Source: an uncultured Halobacteriales archaeon | Lineage (GTDB): Archaea; Thermoplasmatota; E2; JACPAO01; JAHFTW01 | Direction of reading: 5' to 3' | NCBI GenBank assembly: GCA_964627625.1 | Contig: CAZVJB010000002.1 | Coordinates: 92,197 to 156,196 of the forward strand | Length of the DNA stretch: 64,000 nt | Made by a program: the position numbers and the translations under genes | Notes under the pieces: generated by a model | The model's input: only the letters and a program-made list of their open reading frames with translations | The model's database searches: none | What the model was told of the DNA's origin: nothing | Shown: positions 27,900 to 36,002 of the stretch, piece after piece | How the letters are laid out: each line of letters opens with the position of its first letter | Numbering within the stretch: the first letter of the stretch is position 1

Positions 27900-28320
27900 C
27901 GATGGCGGCCCGGCGTAAGGCGGGGACTAGGTTGAGGGAATAGGCACCCCTACCAGGCGCAAGTCTACATGGCGCGACCGAACCCCTGTCGTGGCGCTCG
28001 GGGTCCGCTGCAAGCCCTCGTCTTACGGTGAAACCTCGTCCCCCGAGGTCGGCGGTGGCGGGAAACTTTCCGGAAGGGAAGCCGAACGCCTTCGCTGCGG
28101 GGACCGGGTCAGGCCCGGAAGGGAGCAGCCTTACCGCAAACGACCGACGTTTGGGGGGGCGCGGGGTGGAGAACAACGAGGGATTCATCTTGCACGGGTC
28201 TCGGGTTGCCGCGGCAGGAGTGTCCCCGCCCGCTAAAGGCTACGGCCTTCTGGCCGTGATTCCACGGACGAAGGATTCCGCTGATTCTGACGTAGGGCCG
28301 GGGCGGGGGCCGTCATCGAA
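27900..28320 (+). ncRNA. ffs: Signal recognition particle RNA (7S / SRP RNA); ends approximate
   Basis: The window contains GGUCAGGCCCGGAAGGGAGCAGCC (28101-28127), which matches the universally conserved SRP RNA helix-8/domain IV consensus GGUCAGGUCCGGAAGGAAGCAGCC. The ~400-nt region is GC-rich, highly self-complementary and has no credible ORF. The 5' and 3' ends could not be fixed by eye. Confidence 0.55.
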
Positions 28321-28464
28321 TTGCGCTAGCGGCAATGTAAACCGTGTTCCGGCACCTTAACATGTTCGAGTCGTGGTGAATCGGCGACGGTGGACAGTCC
28401 GGCCCCACGCCGGAATGCTTTTGATACTGACGGGACTAAAGTCAACTCCTTACTGGCGATTTCC

Positions 28465-28698
28465 ATGGTACTGCTACGCTGTTCGAAATGTGGCTCCGAC
28501 GCCGGCTTCATGATTGACACGGCGGATCGCAAAACCCTCGAGGTCAAGGGCAAGATTCCTATCGAGCGCATTCTCAAGTCGGTCCTCGTTACGTGCGTTT
28601 ACTGCAACAACCGCTGGGACCACGTCCCGGTCATTCTCACGGACTCGTCGATTGACGAGAAAGTCACCGCGAGCCGAGACCGCGAACTTACGCACTGA
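28465..28698 (+). CDS. Small zinc-ribbon protein
   Basis: MVLLRCSKCGSDAGF…LVTCVYCNNRWDH gives a CxxC…CxxN ribbon in 77 aa. It lies immediately downstream of the SRP RNA. Confidence 0.4.
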   Translation: MVLLRCSKCGSDAGFMIDTADRKTLEVKGKIPIERILKSVLVTCVYCNNRWDHVPVILTDSSIDEKVTASRDRELTH

Positions 28699-28745
28699 CG
28701 TTTTTCGCCAGGGGCGTAGCGCCCGCACCAACAGCGCTGCCTTGG

Positions 28746-29939
28746 TTAGCCGATTACCATGGGATCCGCGACGACCGCGCCGCGCTCAAACCGTTCCAAC
28801 GCCCACGGACGCAAGTCCAATTCGGGCTTCTGCCCCGCGATTAACTGGGCCGTGAGCACGCCGACCATCGGAGAAATCATCATGCCGTGGCCCGAGAAGC
28901 CGTTCGCTTGGACGAGGTTCTGTGGCCCCGTTTCCGCTATTCCGAGAATGGGTTTAGCATCCGGCGTCTTGTCGTAGGAGCCCGCCCATTGCCGCAGGAC
29001 GCGCACGGGTCCAAGCCGCGGTAAGAGGCGCACAGTTTCCTTGGCAAATGCTCGCATGAACTCGAGACTGCTTGCCCAATCCATGGATTCCTCCGTGTGC
29101 GTGCCGAGGCCGCCGACGAGTTCGCCCCGCATGTCCTGGTTGATGTAATAGCCCGTCGACAGGTCCACAAGCATGGGATTAAGGAAGGCCTTGAGGGGCT
29201 CGGTGACGAGGATTTCGTGGCGCTCTGCCTTGATGGGAAGTGTCACGCCGACCCACTTCGAGATTGCCGGACTCCACGCGCCGGCAGCGTTTACGACCCA
29301 ATCACATCCGATGCGGCCCCGATTCGTCTGCACGGCGACGACCTTGCCCGCGCCGACTTCGAGGCCCTCGACCGCCGTGAAGGTGGCGACTTCGACGCCC
29401 CGTTTTTCAGCCGCCTCCTTGAAACCCCAAACGAGCGGCCATGGGAACAGCACGGCGTCGTCGGGATTGAAGGTCGCGCCAATGCACCCGTCGGTGCGCA
29501 GACCTGGGACGATGCGCCGCGCCCGCTCGAGGGAGATGACCTTGGTCCGCACGCCATGCTTGTTCTGAAACGCCGCGGCGTCCTTTAAGGCCGAAAGCTG
29601 CGCCTCGGAACGCGTCAGGAACAGATACCCGCCCTGCCGAAAGAAGGAGTTGTGACCGGTCTCCTGTGCGAAATGTTTGAAGGCCTCGATTGAACGCTTG
29701 GCAAGCAGAATGTTCTCGACGGAGGTCCACTGCGCCCGCACGCCGCCGCCGTTGCGCCCAGTTGCACCCTTCACGAGCGAGTCTTTGTCGACGACGAGGA
29801 CGTCGGTAACTCCGAGTTTGGCCAAGTGGTGCGCAATGGACAAGCCGATAGCGCCGCCACCAAGGATGACGACGTGGTAGTGGCTTTTGCGCGGACCCGA
29901 GAGCGGCGGGGCGATGCGCGGCACCGCGACCGCGCTCAA
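28746..29939 (-). CDS. FAD-dependent oxidoreductase, beta subunit of a sarcosine oxidase / L-proline dehydrogenase-like complex
   Basis: HYHVVILGGGAIGLSIAHHLAKLGVTDVLVVDK is a DAO-family Rossmann signature. It is the last gene of a three-gene ATGA-coupled operon. Confidence 0.8.
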   Translation of the reverse strand: MSAVAVPRIAPPLSGPRKSHYHVVILGGGAIGLSIAHHLAKLGVTDVLVVDKDSLVKGATGRNGGGVRAQWTSVENILLAKRSIEAFKHFAQETGHNSFFRQGGYLFLTRSEAQLSALKDAAAFQNKHGVRTKVISLERARRIVPGLRTDGCIGATFNPDDAVLFPWPLVWGFKEAAEKRGVEVATFTAVEGLEVGAGKVVAVQTNRGRIGCDWVVNAAGAWSPAISKWVGVTLPIKAERHEILVTEPLKAFLNPMLVDLSTGYYINQDMRGELVGGLGTHTEESMDWASSLEFMRAFAKETVRLLPRLGPVRVLRQWAGSYDKTPDAKPILGIAETGPQNLVQANGFSGHGMMISPMVGVLTAQLIAGQKPELDLRPWALERFERGAVVADPMVIG

Positions 29940-30238
29940 TCTTGTTCCTCCGACGCTGCTGTTGTAGCATCGGGCGCGGCCAGCGTCGCAAAACTGACCG
30001 GGCGAACCGGCGGTCGAAACGTCATGACGTCCACATCATCGACCGGAATGCCGCGTGCGTCGGCGACAAGGTGCATCGCTGCCTGCACGCAGGATTTGCC
30101 CTGGCAGGGGCCGGTTCCGACGCCCAGAAAGCGCTTCAGGTCCTCGAAGCACGCGTACCCTTCCGCCATGGCGGCATGGCAATCGTCTAGCGTGATGTCC
30201 TCGCAGCGGCACAGAAACGTCTTCTCCGTCACCATCAT
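29936..30238 (-). CDS. Small [2Fe-2S] BFD-like subunit of the flavoenzyme complex
   Basis: MMVTEKTFLCRCEDITLDD…GTGPCQGKSC carries a BFD-like Cys4 motif. Its start overlaps the upstream stop and its stop overlaps the downstream start, both as ATGA. Confidence 0.6.
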   Translation of the reverse strand: MMVTEKTFLCRCEDITLDDCHAAMAEGYACFEDLKRFLGVGTGPCQGKSCVQAAMHLVADARGIPVDDVDVMTFRPPVRPVSFATLAAPDATTAASEEQD

Positions 30239-31410
30239 TGCACGCCCGCATAGATTCCGTGCACCGTCGTTGCGCCGCCCGCCTCGGTCTCTGCGGCAAG
30301 GACACCTTCGGGGAAGCCAAGTTCGCAACCGGCCTGCTGGAACAATTCGACGCGCGGTGTTCCGGGTAGATTGCAGATGATGGTGTCGCACTCGACCCAG
30401 GCTCCGTTTACCTTGGCCGCAGTCACATCGGTGGCACCCCTTGCCTCAGTGACGTCGCCGTGCGCAACGATGTGGCCGCCTGCGGTCTCCAATTGTATCA
30501 CGAAGGTCTTGGGCAGGGCGGCGCCATGCACCGCGATGCGACGGCCGGGCAGGACGCCGTGTTCAAGCAGGAGGCGGCGGGCTCCGCGGTGGCTCAATAT
30601 GCCGGGCAGATCGTTGTTGGCAAAGACGGGCCACGCGTCGTGGTCGCCGACACAGATGGTGATGCGCGCCGCCGTGACTTCCCATAAGTCATCGCCATGG
30701 CCACCGGGACGTTGGACTGCGGCCAGATGCCCGTCGCCTGGGACGTCGTGCCGGTAGATGCCAAAGCACACGGCTCGGGTCCAGACCGTAAGGCCAGGAA
30801 GGCTCCCGACTTGCGCCGCGAGCGCCTTCGTTTCGGTTTCGAGCGCATCCCAGCGGGCCGTGCCCCCTAGTCCCTCCAGTTCGTCGATGAGAAGGATGCG
30901 CTTGCCTTCGCCCGCGGCCGCATGGGCTCGGCGCAGTCCTGCGGCGCCGGCGCCGACGATGAGCTCGTCGACTTGCAGCGCATGACGCAGTGGGCCTTCG
31001 AGATGCGTATCCGGCGAGGGCGGACGACCGACGCCGCTCATGAAGCGCACGCCCTTCAGGAACATCTCGTTGACAATGCGCGGTTTGGTGAAGGCGTTGT
31101 GCGGGTCGAAGCCCCGCCGATAGACCTTGTCCACTACGCCCAATAAGTCATGCTTGGCGGAGCCCATCCGGTTTTGACTGAGGACGTCCATTCCGGCTGC
31201 GGCGCGGGCCATGCATGCGGGAACATTGGGGACGCCGTCGACGCCGACGAAGCACGAGGCGCAAGACCCCATGCAGCAGTACAATCCGCGGGGTCGATGG
31301 TACTTGAGGCTGCGCGAAATGACCTTGATGCCGGCACGATGCAAGGCCGAGCCGATCGTGTCGCCGGGTTCGATGGGAACCGGCTTGCCGTCGAAGGTGA
31401 ACGCGGCCAA
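30235..31410 (-). CDS. Alpha-type subunit: 2Fe-2S ferredoxin-like N-terminus plus FAD/NAD(P)-binding pyridine-nucleotide-disulfide oxidoreductase (SoxA/HcnB/PdhA-like)
   Basis: FTFDGKPVPIEPGDTIGSALHRAGIKVISRSLKYHRPRGLYCCMGSCASCFV matches the SoxA N-terminal 2Fe-2S domain. ELIVGAGAAGL…RIAVHGAALP is a Rossmann dinucleotide-binding motif. The start is probably a TTG near 31410. Confidence 0.7.
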   Translation of the reverse strand: MAAFTFDGKPVPIEPGDTIGSALHRAGIKVISRSLKYHRPRGLYCCMGSCASCFVGVDGVPNVPACMARAAAGMDVLSQNRMGSAKHDLLGVVDKVYRRGFDPHNAFTKPRIVNEMFLKGVRFMSGVGRPPSPDTHLEGPLRHALQVDELIVGAGAAGLRRAHAAAGEGKRILLIDELEGLGGTARWDALETETKALAAQVGSLPGLTVWTRAVCFGIYRHDVPGDGHLAAVQRPGGHGDDLWEVTAARITICVGDHDAWPVFANNDLPGILSHRGARRLLLEHGVLPGRRIAVHGAALPKTFVIQLETAGGHIVAHGDVTEARGATDVTAAKVNGAWVECDTIICNLPGTPRVELFQQAGCELGFPEGVLAAETEAGGATTVHGIYAGVQ

Positions 31411-32384
31411 CGGAGGCGGCCAGCCTGACGCAAGGGATGAACGTTGCCGGGGGCCGACGTTGCAGGAATGCTGTGGCCCCGTCACGCGATTTGGCGCCCG
31501 CTTCGCCTTGCCTTGCGCCGCCGCGCTGCATTCGTCGGCTCGCCGTCCGGCGGCCCTTCCGGGCCGCCATCAGCGCCGTCTCGCTCTTCGAGCTCGACGG
31601 CTCGGCCGGGGGTTTCCGTGGATTCTTGTTCCACCGGGACTCTGGCGCGCCACCAGCCGGAGCACGCGTCCATTTCTGGTCGCGCCTCACATCGGGTTCA
31701 TGGTCCGCCATCGGGTTCATGCGTGTTCCCCCACCGCCGGGGCGCGCCCCAGGCGGCCACGCCATCGCCTGCGTCGAGGCTCGCCCGACCCCGCCCCGTT
31801 AGCCCATCTCTGACAAGTCGGCGGCGTCCTGTCGGCGAGGGGCCGAACGCGGCCGCGAAGCGCCGCCTGTCGACTTTTGCCTTGGCTGGCTTGGGGCCGA
31901 AGGCTTGGAAAGCCGCTGGCCCCAACCGTGATGATCGACCTTTCTGAAGGTCGCGGGCGTGGCGGTAGCGGGCGGCGCGTGCGCGCAGCGCCGCGTGGTT
32001 GCGTGGGCCGGCGGGAGGACGCCGTCCGACCTTTTCCTAGTTTGACTGTTTCATCGGTTGGTCGAGCGGCGCGTTGGCGGCCCCCGGCGGCCCTGGCCCC
32101 CACGCTCGCCTTCGGCTCGCAAATCGGCCTGCCAAACCCTCGCACCGCCTCGCCCTCCGGGCTCGTCGGCTCGCCCCGACCGGGGGCAATTCATCGTTCC
32201 ATTCCTTCAACAAGGCGACGACGCCGTCGGAGGACTACGAGAATGGGTCGATGGTCTTCATCAAGCAGGTTTTCGGTTCCGTGATTTCCGTGAATTCCGT
32301 GGTTCGGTCGATGGCCCGCGGACAAGTTTCACGCAATGGATGCAATTCGCCGTTGCCTTGCTGCGCGGGGCGTCAAGGAACGAA

Positions 32385-33464
32385 CTACAACAGCCCTGCC
32401 TTCTGCAGCGTAAGCAAGTCCTCGGTGGAGAGTTTTTCGCCGGCCTTGAACTTCTGGAACACTGCCTCTGCTGCCGCTTCGGAGCGCGCCTGGCTCGCTT
32501 CTGAGCGGCTGGAGCCCGGCGGTGCACCCGACGTGGCCTGCTGGTCTTCGATGTCGTGGATTGCGTTCACGAATTCGATGTACGTCTTGTGAATCTTGTC
32601 GGCTTCCATCTTGGAGATGACGAAGCGCTCTTGCAGTTTGTCTGCGGTCTTGCGCAGTTTGTCCGACTGCTTGTAGAGCTTGATCATGGCGTCGTGCTCG
32701 CCTTGTGCCTTCTCGGCCATCTCGCCGACCTTGGCGTGCGACTTCTCGGCCTTCTCCTTCAGTTCGTCGGCCTTCTCGAGTGCCGCCTTGAGTTCCGGGT
32801 CGGCGCGCAGGCTCTTCTCCTTCTCGCGGATCTGTTTGCCGATCTCCTTGAGGCGCTCCATGAGGGCCTTCTCCTTGGAAACGGTGAGGACGGACGTCAT
32901 CTGCTGGAACTCAAGCTGCTTGGCTTCCTTCTTGAGTTTGGCGACGGTGAGGGTGGCGTCGCCTTCAGGCATGCGTTCGCGGCGCAACGTATCGGCTGCC
33001 TTGCCGGAGTCGTCGGCCGTTCGGTTAGCCTCATCGCGACCTTCTTTGGCGCGCTTCACGCCCTCATTTAATTCATCGCGGCGCTTTTTGTGTTCGTTGG
33101 CCTCGTTGACAAGGCCGCGGACCTGGGCGTTGAAGCCGTCGCGTTCCTCGGCGTGCTTGCGGGCCTCGTCGTTGAGGTGGTCGCGTTCGCGGCGCAGGAG
33201 GTTTGCACGGTTCTGCAAGTCCTCCTTCTTCATGCCCGGTTTGGGGCCGTTCGGGTTTGGCACAACCGGGGCGGCCGGGGTAGCCGGCGCGGGCGTTTCG
33301 GAAGGCTCGGACGTCGCGGGCGCATCGGCTGCGGCGTCTTCGGGGGTCGAGTCGGCCGGCGGCGCCTGCGTGTCGTCAAGCAAGTCGGCGTTCAGGGGGC
33401 TCGGGACGGGCTCGGGGGGCGCACTCTCGTGCGCGACCGAGGCCACTGTAGTGGGCTCGCTCAT
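32385..33464 (-). CDS. Coiled-coil protein with a Pro/Ala/Thr-rich N-terminus, hypothetical
   Basis: About 250 aa of heptad-like, K/E/R-rich sequence (…LRRERDHLNDEARKHAEERDGFNAQVRGLVNEANEHKKRRDELNEG…). Start taken at MSEPTTV. Confidence 0.5.
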   Translation of the reverse strand: MSEPTTVASVAHESAPPEPVPSPLNADLLDDTQAPPADSTPEDAAADAPATSEPSETPAPATPAAPVVPNPNGPKPGMKKEDLQNRANLLRRERDHLNDEARKHAEERDGFNAQVRGLVNEANEHKKRRDELNEGVKRAKEGRDEANRTADDSGKAADTLRRERMPEGDATLTVAKLKKEAKQLEFQQMTSVLTVSKEKALMERLKEIGKQIREKEKSLRADPELKAALEKADELKEKAEKSHAKVGEMAEKAQGEHDAMIKLYKQSDKLRKTADKLQERFVISKMEADKIHKTYIEFVNAIHDIEDQQATSGAPPGSSRSEASQARSEAAAEAVFQKFKAGEKLSTEDLLTLQKAGLL

Positions 33465-33636
33465 GATCCAGTCACCAGGATGTTTCGCGCGAGACCCATC
33501 CCCTACATAACGAATATGGGCGCGGCGGCCTTGCACCGTGGCCTGCGTCGCCCGGTCAGCAATCGGGCTACAATGGTTAAGTGCCTCGAGGTCATTACTG
33601 GGGATGGCCTGCGGGCCGTGGAGGTCATGTGGACCC

Positions 33637-35883
33637 ATGCTGATGCGCCGGTCGTCGCTCTTCGCGGGATTGGTGGTACTCGTCGCTTGCGCCCTCGCGA
33701 CACCGGCCTGGGGGGCCATCGACTCCGCAACGTACGGCACGAAGGTCATGACCTGGGAGGCCCTTTGCAATCCCGCGGCGCCCGAGGTCGCGCCGGGGAC
33801 CTTGCCGGCGTGCCCCGGCCCGTCCATCACCATCACGCTGCCCACGGACCTCATGGCGACGACGGCCTTCTGGGAAGGCAACGCCGCCTATGTGCTGGGC
33901 GGCGTGAACGAGTGGCACTCACCGACGGTGCCGACCGAGACCGATGCGGTGCTCAAGTTCACGCGCGGCATGCAGGTCGGCGTGTTGCCCGTCTACGAGC
34001 CCAACCAGCCGGGCGGCCTCGTCGTCGGTGCCGGCGCCCTGCCGGCCCCAGCCGCCAACCAGGCATTGGCCTACGACGCCACGGGCAAGGTTGCCTACCT
34101 CTTCGGCTCCAGCAACGAGGGCCGCTTGTCGGATGCGATTTACAGCTACTCGCCCCTCACACAGACGTCGGCGACGATGCCCTGCGTCCTTCCCCGCAAG
34201 TTCGACCTCATGGCCGGCGCGTGGGCGAGCGGCAAGGCGTACCTCTTCGGCGGCCGCTATCTGGAGGGCAACGGCGACACGGTGGCCTTCAGCCTGCACA
34301 ACTCCAACGAAATCTACCGCTTCGACCCCGCGACCTGCGCCTTCAATCTGAACCCGTACCCACTCGCGACCGTCGCGGGCGCGAGCGGGACTGCCGAGGG
34401 CAAGCGCTTCGGGATGACGGCCGTCACCGTTGGCGCGGAAGTCTTCCTCTTCGGCGGCACGTTCATGGACGATGTCGCCGGGACGACGCCCGCCGAGGTC
34501 GGGGGAGGCGCCTACGCGTACAATCCCGTGTGCCCGACTGGGGCGCCGCCCTACGCGCCATGCCCGGTAGCCCAGTGCTCCATCCTGAAGTTTATTCCAG
34601 CCACGGGCGCGACCACCGTCCTGCTCTCCTCCTCCGCGCTCTGCGGCCCCCTCGCTGCCGTGTACGATGGGCAGTTCATCTACGCCTTCACAGGGAGCTC
34701 GGCCTACCGGTACAATCCTGCCACGCCCAGCTCGCCCCCCGTCTACGTCGCCGCGCTGGCCACCGGTGTCGGGCGCGGCGGCCTGTCCGCGACGTCCGCG
34801 GTGAGCACCGGCTGCAGTGCGTACATCTTCGGTGGCCTAATCCGGCCCCCGCCGTTCCTGCCGGACCCCGCCGCCCTCATGGGCGACCCCTACGACCGGG
34901 CGCTCATCTCCGACAAGATCCAGTGGTTCGGCAAGTGCCGCCCGCAAGCCGTCATCGCGCCCACCTACGGCTACACATGCCCCAACTACCCCATCTGGTT
35001 CGACGCCAAGTTATCCACCGTGGGCGAGGGCGACATCATGCAGGCGGCGTGGACGTTCGGCGACGGCACGTCCATCCCGTACTCGTGGTGGTTCGCGCAT
35101 CCCCCTGACTGGTACCCGCAGGCCGCGTTCGTGTCCCACACCTACACGAAGGAAGGCAACTTCCCAGTCACGCTCTCGATTCGCGACGCCAACGGCCTCG
35201 TCTCCACCGCGTCCGTCGTCGTCCCGGTGCGCCAGGACCCCGTGTGCACGACCTTCGGCGGGACACCCCATGTCGCCCGGGCACTGCGATATCCTGAGGG
35301 CGTGGCACTTGACAGCGACCTCGACGGCATCCCCGACGGCGGCGACAACTGCCCCGGCATCGCCAACAACGCGCAGGGCGACCGCGACGGCAACGGCGTC
35401 GGCGACGACTGCGACGAGACTGCGATGCAAGGCGACGGAGGCCCGCCCGCCGCGCCTTCGTCCACTCCTGCTGCGCCTGATCGTGACCGCGACGGCGTGC
35501 CCGACGCCGCGGACAACTGCGCCGCCGTCCCCAACCACGACCAGGCGGACGCCGACATCGACCGCAACGGCGACGTCTGCGACGCCGACATCGATGGCGA
35601 CGGCGTCTCCAACGCCGGCCCGCCGGGCGCGTTCCTCGACAACTGCCCATGGTACGCCAACGTGGATCAGGCGGACCAGGACCTCGATGGCGCCGGCGAC
35701 GAGTGCTCGTTCGGCGCGATGCCAGCCCTCGCTCGGGATGCCGGCGAAGTGCACGCAAGCGCGGCACGCACGTCTGGGTCGCCACCTTGGCTTGCGGCCT
35801 TCACGGTGGCCGCCGTTGCCACGCTCGGCTGCGCGGCGCTGCTTGGCCTCGCGCTGCGCCGACCCGGTGGCCGCCGGCCATAG
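33637..35883 (+). CDS. Type-I membrane surface protein: signal peptide, Kelch-like propeller, PKD domain, thrombospondin type-3 (TSP3) repeats, C-terminal TM anchor
   Basis: Signal MLMRRSSLFAGLVVLVACALATPAWG. Kelch-like blades (AYVLGG…, AYLFGS…, AYLFGGRY…, VFLFGGTF…, YIFGG…). PKD …WTFGDGTS…SHTYTKEGNFPVTLSIRDANG…. TSP3 DxDxDGxxDxxDNC repeats (DSDLDGIPDGGDNCPGIANNAQGDRDGNGVGDDCD; DRDRDGVPDAADNCAAVPNHDQADADIDRNGDVCDADIDGDGV). TM LAAFTVAAVATLGCAALLGLAL followed by RRPGGRRP. Confidence 0.75.
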   Translation: MLMRRSSLFAGLVVLVACALATPAWGAIDSATYGTKVMTWEALCNPAAPEVAPGTLPACPGPSITITLPTDLMATTAFWEGNAAYVLGGVNEWHSPTVPTETDAVLKFTRGMQVGVLPVYEPNQPGGLVVGAGALPAPAANQALAYDATGKVAYLFGSSNEGRLSDAIYSYSPLTQTSATMPCVLPRKFDLMAGAWASGKAYLFGGRYLEGNGDTVAFSLHNSNEIYRFDPATCAFNLNPYPLATVAGASGTAEGKRFGMTAVTVGAEVFLFGGTFMDDVAGTTPAEVGGGAYAYNPVCPTGAPPYAPCPVAQCSILKFIPATGATTVLLSSSALCGPLAAVYDGQFIYAFTGSSAYRYNPATPSSPPVYVAALATGVGRGGLSATSAVSTGCSAYIFGGLIRPPPFLPDPAALMGDPYDRALISDKIQWFGKCRPQAVIAPTYGYTCPNYPIWFDAKLSTVGEGDIMQAAWTFGDGTSIPYSWWFAHPPDWYPQAAFVSHTYTKEGNFPVTLSIRDANGLVSTASVVVPVRQDPVCTTFGGTPHVARALRYPEGVALDSDLDGIPDGGDNCPGIANNAQGDRDGNGVGDDCDETAMQGDGGPPAAPSSTPAAPDRDRDGVPDAADNCAAVPNHDQADADIDRNGDVCDADIDGDGVSNAGPPGAFLDNCPWYANVDQADQDLDGAGDECSFGAMPALARDAGEVHASAARTSGSPPWLAAFTVAAVATLGCAALLGLALRRPGGRRP

Positions 35884-36002
35884 CCGCGTCACGAAATCCG
35901 CCGGCGCCCCGACTTGCACTCAGGAGACGGGCCAGAAACCGTAAATATGCCCGACGGTGCTGTCAGAAGTGGCACAGCGTGCCTCTGGAGTCGCGTCGTC
36001 AC

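Noticed and set aside
31148-31765. 205-aa minus ORF (MNPMADHEPDVRRDQKW…) upstream of the flavoenzyme alpha subunit
   Set aside because: It overlaps the alpha-subunit start in another frame and is rich in R/P/G, giving a spurious-ORF composition.
31486-32384. RNase P RNA in the 900-bp ORF-free gap
   Set aside because: Neither strand has the conserved P4 elements (GGAAAGUCCGGGC / ACAGAACCCGGCUUA) or a GGUAAGGGUGAAA-type motif. The region is left as unexplained non-coding sequence.
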